Part shown: positions 1 to 10,658 of the stretch, piece after piece
Layout: every line of letters starts with the position of its first letter
Numbering within the stretch: the first letter of the stretch is position 1
Assembly (NCBI RefSeq): GCF_036365525.1
Contig: NC_090387.1
Span: 77,003,300 to 77,067,299, forward strand
Reading direction: 5' to 3'
DNA from: Heterodontus francisci
Lineage: Eukaryota
Length of the DNA: 64,000 nt
Notes under the pieces: generated by a model
Told to the model about the DNA's origin: nothing
The model's input: only the letters and a program-made list of their open reading frames with translations
The model's database searches: none
Made by a program: the position numbers and the translations under genes

Positions 1-317
1 CCGAGACAGCCTGATCGGCATGAAGCTAAATCTGTGATCAAGGAGCGGCGGGGGTGGGTGCCAAGGTTGTAATGTCTCAGGTTATGGGCACTTCTGCTTT
101 TCCTACCCACCCAAAAACATTTTAGAAGTTACCTACTCAGGTAATATTCTATCACTACTGCTAATAAAACTAGCCAGAGAATGCAGGGCACCCCAGTTCT
201 AACATAAAATGGATATAGGGATCATATGTTCATCTCAGAACCACAACCTGGACAAACGATAAGCATGCTATTTGAAAATAAATCTCCAGCCTCCAGCAGC
301 AGGCTTTTTCCCAAGGT

Positions 318-918
318 GGAAGACATGATGGTAGACGCTGACATGGCGCTCAGTCTGCCGAGTAGATTGTGGCGCTATTATAGCACCTTTAATGCGATTT
401 TGGCAATTTAAAATCGAACCCTATGATTTAAACTAACTATTCAATGAACCCCTTTCATCTGTATAAGCCAATCACAATTGCTTCTATTCTATAATTGTTA
501 AATACAGCAAGATTACTTCTTTATTTTAATCCTACATTGCAGGTCGCAGTTTCAGCTTTGTGATTGCTGACTTATTCTGTTTTTTTTTATAATTCTTGCA
601 TTGACGGCCCTCTGTGGAAATGGAAGACGCCATAGTCGGCGCTAACAAAGTGCTAAGTCTGTCCAGCTCAATTTGAGGCTATTATGAGACGGTTAACGCC
701 GATCTAACCAATTTCGTTTTAATTCCTTTGAAGTAGGTTTTAAACTAGCGATTTAATGGACCTCATTCCTCTGTATCAAACAATAATTGTTTCAATTTAA
801 TAATATTTATGTACAACCGTTTTATATCTTGGTTTTAATTCACATTGCAGATCATGGTTTCAGCATCATGTTTGCTCGGCTAGTTCTGAGTTTTTTGATA
901 AGTCTTGCACTGATGGGT
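318..918. repeat. Diverged ~300 bp tandem duplication (two units)
   Basis: ggaagac..gcgct..agtctg..gctattat..tttaaacta..cacattgcag..tttcagc..tcttgca occurs at ~318-610 and again at ~622-918. Confidence 0.75.
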
Positions 919-1148
919 ATTATTGTGGACCATGTACAAATAACGTCAATAACGTAAGAGAACGCTTTATTAATGCAGGAAATCACCTTCAAAGTATACA
1001 CGCAGATAGCATAAGTGGTCTGGAGACGGGAAATGTGCTTTTCCAGCAGTTTCTTAAGTGATCGATTGACGATTACAATGTTTTGCTACTAAATAGCTGA
1101 CAACATAGGAAACTGATACTTTCAACACGACAATTTTCATATTTCGAT

Positions 1149-1205
1149 CTCAGGAAAGGTTACAGACCTGAAACCTTAACTCTATTTCTCTCTCCGTGCA
1201 TGCTG
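1149..1205 (+). mobile_element. Penelope-like 3'/pLTR relic with degenerate hammerhead core
   Basis: aaaggttacagacctgaaaccttaactctatttctctctcc matches the reverse complement of the PLE end at ~46040-46094. Confidence 0.6.
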
Positions 1206-1213
1206 GCTGCTTT

Positions 1214-1345
1214 GCTGTGGCTCAGTTGACAGCACTCTCGCTTCTAACTCACCAAGTTATAGGTTCAAGCCTTGCGACGCTTGAATGGGTGAGCATACAT
1301 ATCACAGCTAACAACGGAGTGCTGTACTGTCGGAGGCACGGATTC
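1214..1345 (+). mobile_element. Old tRNA-derived SINE head (DeuSINE/SacSINE-like)
   Basis: A-box-like gtggctcagttg and B-box-like ggttcaagcc, followed by ggagtgctgtactgtcggagg. Confidence 0.5.
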
Positions 1346-2078
1346 TTCCTGGGATACCCAGTCTTTTCAGCCCACCATATATCTTGCGTAGGTGTTAACT
1401 GTTAACGTGCCGGACCGAATCTGTCCTCATTAGACTGGCAATTTAAACAGCGACCCCGGATAACGATCAGGAGTAGAATATAATGATAATTGCCCTCTTT
1501 CTCTCCCTGGGTGCTCAGGCCAGTTTTACCTTTTTAACTACTGCCGTAACTGGGATGGACTAATACAACACAGAGAGACAATCGAACCGGCACCTTGCAA
1601 TTTGTATTGCTCGGTGGGATACCCATGGGTTGCTCTTTCCTCAGTGTGAAAATGTAATTACTTTAAGAGTCAAGAAATTATTGAATACCAAGAGTGAAGG
1701 TATCCGTACACCTAAGAACTAAGAACAGTATTTTTGTTTCAATGTCATTCTACATTGAGTGCAGTGAAAATCCATCAGCGCGACATTGGCTATGGTTTAG
1801 GTAATCGGCTGTCAATTTTTATATTATATCATTCTAATATAATAAAGTATAAAACATGTAATTACACATACACAATAACCATGAGTGAGTGTCGCCGAAT
1901 GTTAAAACACAAATGTAAGTTTTGCATCCCAATGGTTTATGACACTTGTAGATCATGGCATATTTATTTACAATTACGTTTGTCCTAGTCCTAGACATAC
2001 TTATTGTACGATTATTTTAATAATTATTTTCGAATCATAGTCAGAGGATATAATTGGATGAAGTTCCTTTAATTTAAT

Positions 2079-4328
2079 CTTCTTTGGCCTCCTTGCATCG
2101 CGAGACAATGGGTAAGCGCCTGGAGGTGGTCAGTGGTTTGTGAGGCAGCGCCTGGAATGGCTAGAAAGGCCAATCCTAGAGTGACAGACTCTTCCACAGG
2201 TGCTGCAGATAAAATTGGTTGTCGGGGCTATTACACAGTTGGCTCTCCCCTTGCGCTTCTGTCTTTTTTTTCTGCCAACTGCTAAGTCTCTTCGACTCGC
2301 CACACTTTAGCCCCGCCTTTATGGCTGTCTGCCAGCTCTGGCGATCACTGGCAACTGACTCCCACGACTTGTGGTCAATGTCACAGGACTTCATGTCGCG
2401 TTTGCAGACGTCTTTAAAGCGGAGACATGGACGACCAATGGGTCTGATAACAATGACGAGCTCGCTGTACAATGTATCCTTGGGGATCCCGCCATCTTCC
2501 ATGCGGCTCACATGGCCAAGCCATCTCAAGCGCCGCTGGCTTAGTAGTGTGTATATGCTGGGGATGTTGGCCGCCTCAAGGACTTCTGTGTTGGAGATAA
2601 GGTCCTGCCACCTGATGCCAAGGATTCTCCGGAGGCAGCGAAGATGGAATGAATTGAGATGTCACTCTTGGCTGACATACATTGTCCAGGCCTCGCTGCC
2701 ATAGAGCAAGGTACTGAGGACACAGGCTTGATGCACTCAGACCTTTGTGTTCCGTGTCAGTGCGCCATTTTCCCACACTCTCTTGGCCAGTCTGGACATA
2801 GCTGTGGAAGCCTTTCCCATGCGCTTGTTGATTTCTGCATCAAGAGACAGGTTACTGGTGATAGTTGAACCTAGGTAGGTGAACTTATGAATCACTTCCA
2901 GTGCGTGGTCGCTGATATTGATTGATGGAGCATTTCTGATGTCCTGTCCCATGATGTTCGTTTTCTTGAGGCTGATGGTTAGGCCAAATTCGTTGCAGGC
3001 AGCCGCAATCCTGCCGATTAGTCTCTGCAGACACTCTTCAGTATGAGATTTCAATGCAGCATCATCAGCAAAGCGGAGTTCCCCGATGAGGATTTTCCGT
3101 ACTTTGGTCTTCGTTCTTAGACGGGCAAGGTTGAACAACCTGCCACCTGATCTTGTGTGGAGGAAAATTTCTTCTTCTGAAGACTTGAACGCACGTGAGA
3201 GCAACAGGGAGAAGAAGATCCCAAATAGTGTAGGTGCAAGAACACAACCCTATTTCACACGACTCAGGATAGGAAAGGGGTCTGATGAGGCACCGCTATG
3301 CTGAATTGTGCCTTTCATATTGTCATGGAATGAGGTGATGATACTTAGTAGCTTTGGTGGACATCCGATCTTTTCTAGTAGTCTGAAGAGACCACGTCTG
3401 CTGAACAGGTCAAAGGCTTTGATGAGATCAATGGAAGCAACGCAGAGGGGCATCTGTTGTTTGCAGCATTTCACCTGTAGCTGGCGAAGGGAGAACAACA
3501 TGTCAATGGTGGATCTCTCTGCTCGAAAGCCACAGGGTACCTCAGGGTAGACATGCTCAGCCAGCTTATGGAGCCTGTTTAAAGCGACTCGAGCGAAGAC
3601 TTTCCCCACTATGCTGAGTAGGGAGACTCCACGGTAGTTGTTGCAGTCACCACGGTCATCCTTGTTCTTATGATATTGGCATCGCGCATGTCCTGTGGTA
3701 CTTCTCCCTCGTCCCAGCACAGGCAAAGCAGTTCGTAGAGTGATGAAAGTATAGCAGGCTTGGCAGTCTCCATTATTTCAGGGGTAATGCGGTGCTTCCC
3801 AGGGGCTTTTCCGCTGGCTAGAGAATCAATGGCGTCACTCAGTTCCGATTTTGTTGGCTGTACATCCAGCTCATCCATGACTGGTAGAGACTGGGCTGCA
3901 TTGATGGCAGTCTCAGTGACAACATTTTCCCTGGAGTACAGTTCTAGGTAGTGCTCCACCCAGCGGTCCATTTGCTTGCGTTGGTCAGTGATCGTGTCCC
4001 CTGATTTAGATTTGAGGGGGGCGATCTTCTTGATGGTTGGCCCAAAAGCTCTCTTAATGCCATCATACATTCCTCTGATGTTTCTGGTGTCGGAGGCCAG
4101 CTGAATATGACTGCATAGGTGTTGCCAGTAGTCATTTGCGCAGCGCCAGGCTGTTCATTGTGCAGCGCTTCTGGCTGCTTTAAGTGCTATGGATGTTAAC
4201 TCGCTGGGGGCTTTCTTGTAGTTCAACAGTGCAATGCGCTTGGCGGCTATGGCAGGTTCCAGCTCTTCAAAGTGAGATTGAAACCAGTCTGCATTCTGCT
4301 TCACACGTTTGCCATAGGTGGTCATTGC
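2079..4328 (-). mobile_element. RTE-clade LINE, 5'-truncated, frameshifted
   Basis: ORF pieces encode an RTE RT (NYRGVSLLS, GFRAERSTIDM, FADDA, RWLGHVSRMEDG..RPIGRPCLRFKD). A 9-bp TSD TAATTTAAT lies at 2070-2078 and 4329-4337. Confidence 0.92.
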
Positions 4329-4539
4329 TAATTTAATAGTAGTTTGATATTGATGCAGATGGGACTGTGCCTGTGAGTCTAGATGTATTGATACGGCACT
4401 GAGTATATCTATGAATCTACTGATACTGATGCTGAAATTCTCAAATGGGCACCGCGCGTGGATACAAAATGGTGGGGGGGGGGGGGGGGGAATCAAAGCA
4501 ATTACATTATTTAAAAACACAGGCCTGACTTCTTTTTTT

Positions 4540-5960
4540 TTGGTCAGGTAAAGAACGGCTGGTAATCTCTGCCTCTGCTGCTCAAAATTCTATGAGAGCA
4601 ATGCCTTAGCGTTTGGAAAAGAAGAACGCGTATTCAGGTACAGCTGGGCAAGTAACAAATAGAAACATACGAAAGTAAAGAACGAGATGGATGAGCCACA
4701 ATCAAGACGGATCAAGGGTTCATGCAGCATTCGCCAAAACCCAGTTTGCATTGTATTACGCTGCACAATTTTCCTGTAATTAGATTATGCAAAGATAACT
4801 GTTAGTTGGCCCCTGTACATAAAATAAGTCAATGCATTCTATGTAAATGCAGCAAGAAGGAAGGAGAGAGGGCTGTAGCTGAGTTTCATGTTAGTACTTT
4901 TTTACGTGCTGGCGGTATTTTTGAATTACTCTACTTGTTGATATCTATAGGTGTATACAAAATTTGACTGTGTAAGCTTTTCGTATATCTTTTTTAACTG
5001 ATGTTCATAGAAGTGACTGAGAAAGCATAGAATTATGAATATGGGGTGAATAAATAGGAGGGCCATTAACAACAGTCCAAGCTAGTCGTATTTCTGTCGC
5101 TACCCACAATCAGCATGTGAAAACTGCTGTTTGCTGCATCTTCCATTTCTCCTCTTACCGACGCGCGTTTTAAACTTAAACCTTGTCTCCCTGTTCTCGG
5201 GGTTCAGCTGACGACAAAATGCCCCACTGTACTATTTGGATAAGAACAAGGATATCTTCGGATGACCCATACATTGGTCTTCCCTCAACACTCAGCCACT
5301 AAAATAGACTCAATTATCAAGAAATTTATTAACCTAATTTTGTGTCTGTTGGGCCTTCTACACTATTTGACTACCTATTTGCCAAGATAAGAACAATAAT
5401 AACACCCAAAAAATAACCTGTTTTTGTGAAATGCTTTCGGATGTCCATTAGGTAGGTGATTATGGAACCATGTGAATGCAAATTCGTTACTTTCCTTTAT
5501 AATAGTGAGCGTATGGATGGGTACCATCACGTTGAAAAATGCACTCCAATATCTTCATTTGTATAATTCTAACTAATTAAGATTAAATATTTCAATTAAT
5601 TTGAAATGTCAAAGGAACGTTGAGAATATACGGCCCAAACCAAAGAGTGAGAGGCTCGGTGCCAATTTAAACAGGAAGCAATCAGGGCGTGATCTCATCA
5701 CTTCGCAAACAGATACTGTCTAGTCATCAAACTCGCTGTTTCTCGCAATGAAACTGCTAAATGCTCATTGAATTAAGTGTAGATAAATTTTCATGTTAAA
5801 GTATAGTGTAATCTACATATAATAACTTCAAATAGCAATCAGGACAAACAGCTAAGGCAACACATTGCCACACAATTCTCCGACCTCTTCAAATTGGTGA
5901 TTCTTATTGGGGAATATTCCACTATTTTCACAGCTCTGATGTGTCAGCTGGCTAGCGTGG
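4540..5960 (+). repeat. Segmental duplication copy A (paralogous to 52060-52765, 57530-57714, 63343-63990)
   Basis: Colinear shared strings such as tggtcaggtaaagaacg..ctctgctgctca, ttagattat.caaagataactg, gctcggtgc..gtctagtc.tc.aac.cgctg, aaagta..gtgtaat. Confidence 0.8.
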
Positions 5961-6148
5961 GCATACATGTGCTTATGTGTATGCGTGTGTGTATGCATAT
6001 GGATGTCTGTGTTCGTACTGGGGTGGTCATCGAACAGGACAGGTTTTATCCTCACCTGATACATACAGGTGGAATTCATTGGCGAACAATCAAGAATGGA
6101 GACCCCCAAATAATAAATCAATCCGGCTCCTTAATGCCCTTCAGGGAA

Positions 6149-7611
6149 TGCAAAGCATTAAGGTAGATAAGTCCCCAGGGCCTGATGGGATCTACCCCAG
6201 AATACTGAGAGAGGCTAGGGAAGAGATTGCTGGGGCCTTGACAGAAATCTTTGCATCCTCATTGGCTACAGGTGAGGTCCCAGAGGACTGGAGAATAGCC
6301 AATGTTGTTCCTTTGTTTAAGAAGGGTAGCACGGATAATCCAGGAAATTATAGGCCGGTGAGCCTTACGTCAGTGGTAGGGAAATTATTAGAGAGGATTC
6401 TTCGGGACAGGATTTACTCCCATTTGGGGACAATTGGACTTATTAGCGAGAGGCAGCATGGTTTCGTGAAGGGGAGGTCGTGTCTCACTAATTTAGTTTA
6501 TGTTTAGTTTAGAGATACAGCACTGAAACAGGCCCTTCGGCCCACCGAGTCTGTGCCGACCATCAACCACTCATTTATACTAATCCTACACTAATCCCAT
6601 ATTCCTACCACATCCTCACCTATCCCTATATTTCCCTACCACCTACCTATACTAGGGACAATTTATAATGGCCAATTTACCTACCAACCTGCAAGTCTTT
6701 TGGCTTGTGGGAGGAAACCGGAGCACCCGGAGAAAACCCACGCAGACACAGGGAGAACTTGCAAACTCCACACAGGCAGTACCCAGAATTGAACCCGGGT
6801 CGCTGGAGCTGTGAGGCTGCGGTGCTAACCACTGCACCACTGTGCCGCCCCGTGTACAGTAAATGGCAGAACCCTTAGGAGTATTGACAGGCAAAGAGAT
6901 CTGGGTGCACAGGTCCACAGGTCACTGAAAGTGGCAACACAGGTGGATAAGGTAGTCAAGAAGGCATACGGCATGCTTTGCTTCATCGGTCGGGGCATAG
7001 AGTATAAAACTAGGCAAGTCATGCTGCAGCTGTACAGAACTTTAGTTAGGCCACACTTAGAATATTGCATGCAATTCTGGTCGCCACACTACCAGAAGGA
7101 CGTGGAGGCTTTGGAGAGGGTACAGAAGAGGTTTACCAGGATGTTGCCTGGTCTGGAGGGCATTAGCTATGAGGAGAGGTTGGATAAACTCGGATTGTTT
7201 TCACTGGAACGACGGAGTTGGAGGGGCAACATGATAGAGGTTTACAAAGTTATAAGCGGCATGGACAGAGTGGATAGTCAGAAGCTTTTTCCCAGGGTGG
7301 AAGAGTCAGTTACTAGGGGACATAGGTTTAAGGTGAGAAGGGCAAAGTTTAGAGGGGATGTGCGAGGCAAGTTCTTTACACAGAGGGTGGGGAGTGCCTG
7401 GAACTTGTTGCCGGGGAAGGTGGTGGAAGCAGGTACCATAGAGACGTTTAAGAGGCATCTTGACAAAATACATGAATCGGATGGGAATAGAGGGATACGG
7501 ACCCCGGAAGTGCAGAAGGTGTTAGTTTAGGCAGGCGTCAAGATCGGCGCAGGCTTGGAGGGCCGAATGGCCTGTTCCTGTGCTGTACTATTCTTTGTTC
7601 TTTGTTCTTTG
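6149..7611 (+). mobile_element. CR1 (HER1-like) LINE, 5'-truncated, with internal deletion
   Basis: KSPGPDGIYPRILRE..NYRPVSLTS and RPHLEYC.QFWSP..LERVQKRFTRM; (TTCTTTG)n tail. Near-identical to the copy at 46479-48566. Confidence 0.93.
6492..6850 (-). mobile_element. HE1-type V-SINE, full length
   Basis: tRNA-like head (gtggttagcac, ggttcaattc), V-core (gtttgcaagttctccc..gtgggttttctccgggtgctccggtttcctccc), CR1-like tail ending in (ctaaa)n. Confidence 0.9.
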
Positions 7612-8026
7612 ACAAACGCCTTCAGCCGAAGCACTTACATAGAACCACGCGTACTGATAGCGCGGTTAGGAATGTTACAAGGACAAATGTGAAATGGAAC
7701 ATCTGTTGAATGCGAAGGGTAAGTGTTGTTCTAAGTACACTGAAATGTAATAATACTGTTACCATTCAACAGTAAATACTTTTGCAGCATGATACAATTA
7801 ACAGAGTTAAATTTAGAACTAAATGTGTTGATGCTTCGAGCAGTGGGACTTAATAACAGTAGCTTGCTTAGCTCGAATAAGTACTTTGCCCCTGTCAATA
7901 TTTAGCAGCACATCATTGTAGCTAAAACAAGAATGTTAAAACCCCCAGCTAATCGCTTATACTTCATGAGAACTGATAGTTCGCCCACACTGTGACCTTT
8001 TAATTCCGGTACATAGGTGCACCAGT

Positions 8027-8458
8027 GTTTAACTGATGACGTATCTCTACTCTTTCCATTGTAATTATACTGAAATAAACGTACTCTATTTAAATATCAT
8101 CATGCATAAAATCAATAAAAATCGATTATGCACGATGTTACGACCAAAGTGGGAGGAGTACACTGTTAATTCAGTCCCACTTCTCCACAGGTCAAAACAT
8201 ATTCTTTAAAAATTTCCACTTGTTGAAACAGTCAATCGGATACTACTATTTCCCCCACAATAGAACACATCAAATCAGGTTTCTTTACTGAACAACGACG
8301 TTAACAGTTTGTTATAAAACAATTCTTAACAAGTAACGAAAAAGTAAAGCACATAGAACAAATTTTTAAGGACCCAACTTTTTTTTGTAGTTCTCTTTTC
8401 TACCTTACCTAATTTAAACTTTAGTCACTTCACACTGGCAATCACACACGCACACACA

Positions 8459-8491
<33 letters not shown>

Positions 8492-9427
8492 TCCTATACC
8501 TAAATCGGGTAACTGGAAAAAGTAAGAAAAAGAGATTTTTATGTCAGAGCTTTGTGACGGAGAAAAATAATTTGTGTTAACTATGTGCTCGTTTTTTGAA
8601 GAAATCAGCAGATGAGATATGTTGTTCCAAACTAGCATACAGTCTAACTTCTGAGGACGTAGACAGGTCTTTTTAAAAACAGTTATTTTTCAGGTGGCAT
8701 TGAAAAGCAATTTTGCAGGCTTCTTGAAATGCAGGAACAAGATGAAATGGCATACTGAAATTCACCGAGTTTTATTTTTCAGGGAATTGCAAGTAAACGA
8801 GATGGTTTATAATTTCTGCTCTTCCTTGGAATTGTTTCCTTTTTGTGTTTTTCTTTGGCACTTTAGCAGCCCTTGACTTTTCCGCTTCCAGACTTGACAC
8901 ACGCACACTCTGTCTAACAGCGAAACAGCTTGGCAGTTTTCTATCGAAATGTTCTGTGCCTGCTGCCGGGCTTCCCCAATCAAAGAGTGCTTAGAGTGCT
9001 TGTTATTTTTCTGCCCCTGTTGCCGTAGAGTCTGCCTTAAGCTTAGCCCAAACCAGCTGACGAACTCTAACACTTGCAAATCTGCCCTCACTGTCCCCTT
9101 GATTAAACATTTATTTAGCTTACTAAAAATCTTTTTTTTATTTGTTTTTTTTTAACAGAACAGTCACTTTCATAACAACGATCACTTACAAAAGAACGAT
9201 TCTAGCCCATTATTTTATCGAATGTTACTGCAAAGCGGTCGCCTTCATTGATATATCACGGTATTGCCTTGTGACTTCCAGGCGAGGTGACGCTCCTAAT
9301 GTGGAACGGGCGAAGCTCCAGTCAATAAACAAGTCTATCGGTCTACTAAAGGTTTTTAACCTTCTCGTTTTAGCTCCATGATATGCTGGAAATATTGACC
9401 GGGCGAAGGGCTTATTCGAGCTAAGCT
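8027..9427 (+). repeat. Inverted paralogous copy of the receptor 3'UTR/polyA region, interrupted by the solo LTR
   Basis: 8027-8135 plus 9178-9345 is the reverse complement of ~10003-10265. 9300-9427 is also the reverse complement of 7866-7990. Confidence 0.8.
8136..9177 (-). mobile_element. Solo LTR, Gypsy (Gmr1-like family)
   Basis: Termini TGTTACGA...TCATAACA, with a 4-bp TSD ACGA (8132-8135, 9178-9181). The left end is reverse-complement homologous to the LTR end at ~19010-19071. Confidence 0.88.
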
Positions 9428-9779
9428 ATCAAATAATTCTACACCACAGTCTCAATTTGAAACCATGCATTATTATTAGATGTGAAAATCGAAAATGAAG
9501 TAAACCGAAATATAATGAGCGATGAACAGTTGCACATTTGTGTGCATATTGCGGGTCACCCGCCATTCGGGATAAATGTGCTTGTAGAATTGTAATCAAT
9601 TGAAACCAGCACTGATATCAATAAGGTAAATCGTGTTTGACTTCCCCTGTAGAATTCTTCGCAGAAACAGAGGAGAATAGATTAAAAAAAACATGCAGCG
9701 CATGGCAACTGTACGGATTATCTTAACTAAAATAACGTGACAGCATCCGATGATGACTGTTGGAAGAAAAATGTATGAT

Positions 9780-9945
9780 AATTTTCAAAACGGAATTGCA
9801 TATGAACTTGAAAAGGGGAAAATTACAGGGCTTTGGGGAAAGAATCTGAGCGCGGGACTAATTGGATAGCATTTTCAAAAATTCAGCACTGTCACAATGA
9901 GCCGCATGGCCTCTTTCTGTGCCTTAACATTCTGTGATTCTACGT
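9780..9945 (+). mobile_element. CR1 3' tail fragment
   Basis: cagggctttggggaaaga..ggactaattggatagc..atggcctctttctgtgc..ttctgtgattct. Confidence 0.6.
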
Positions 9946-10180
9946 AGCCGCGCGGGGAGACATATCTTTGCAGGGCGCAAAATAAATGAAAGTTATTTCA
10001 GTAGACAGATAGACTAGTCTATAGACTGGAGCTTCGCCTGTTCCACATTAGGATGGCCACTTCGCCTGGAAGTCACAAGGCAATAATGTGATACGTAAAT
10101 GAAAACACGGGCTCTGAAGTAGCATTTGACAAAATAATGGCCGGAAATCGTTAGTTTGTAAGAGATGGTATATAATTTTT

Positions 10181-10186
10181 TTTATT
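10181..10186 (-). terminator. Polyadenylation signal AATAAA of the IgSF gene
   Basis: tttatt on the + strand, ~170 nt downstream of the stop codon. It is conserved in the inverted paralogous copy (aataaa at ~8114). Confidence 0.6.
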
Positions 10187-10355
10187 GAAATGATATTTAA
10201 ATAGCGCAAGGTTATTACAGTATCAGTGTAAACTAAAGAATAGAGGTATGTCATCAGTTAAACAATATAAATCTAACATTGAAGTAAGCCAGAAACGTTA
10301 CTTTGGTCTTAGAAGCTGCTAAAATACAAAGTATCGAATAATTGAATAGGAAGTA

Positions 10356-10658
10356 TTACTTATGAATATCTGATATATCACTGTAATGCGTTAATAGCAT
10401 CGTCTCGTATATATAACGCCTGAAGTTGTCATGGCAGCGGAATGCGATCAGTACACACCAGAAAAAGTGACTTCTGCATCTACATTTCCATTGCGAATTA
10501 TTGCTTGTTTCTGTGTAGACGTCTGTCATTCCTCTTTGTTTTTTGGTCTGCAACTGAGCATATTCTGTATTTCCTCCTTTATTGTTCCATATCCCAGTTT
10601 CCGCTGAACCAATCAATGTTACGTACGCCAGCTTTTTGCCGACTGTCCCTTGTTCTGC
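10356..10658 (-). CDS. Terminal exon: cytoplasmic tail with ITIM/ITSM-like motifs
   Basis: Acceptor ggctttacag|GCAG|AA. Translation AEQGTVGKKLAYVTL..NTEYAQL..DVYTET..THYSDISDIHK*. LAYVTL fits the ITIM consensus; TEYAQL resembles SIRPalpha TEYASI. Confidence 0.78.
   Translation of the reverse strand, partial: AEQGTVGKKLAYVTLIGSAETGIWNNKGGNTEYAQLQTKKQRGMTDVYTETSNNSQWKCRCRSHFFWCVLIAFRCHDNFRRYIYETMLLTHYSDISDIHK

Noticed and set aside
6780-6850. tRNA genes (also at ~36310-36376, ~49560-49600, ~53500-53560)
   Set aside because: These are tRNA-derived SINE heads attached to SINE bodies and tails.
7828-7842. 15-mer ttgatgcttcgagca shared with 17891-17905
   Set aside because: One or two such matches are expected by chance in 64 kb, and the flanks do not align.
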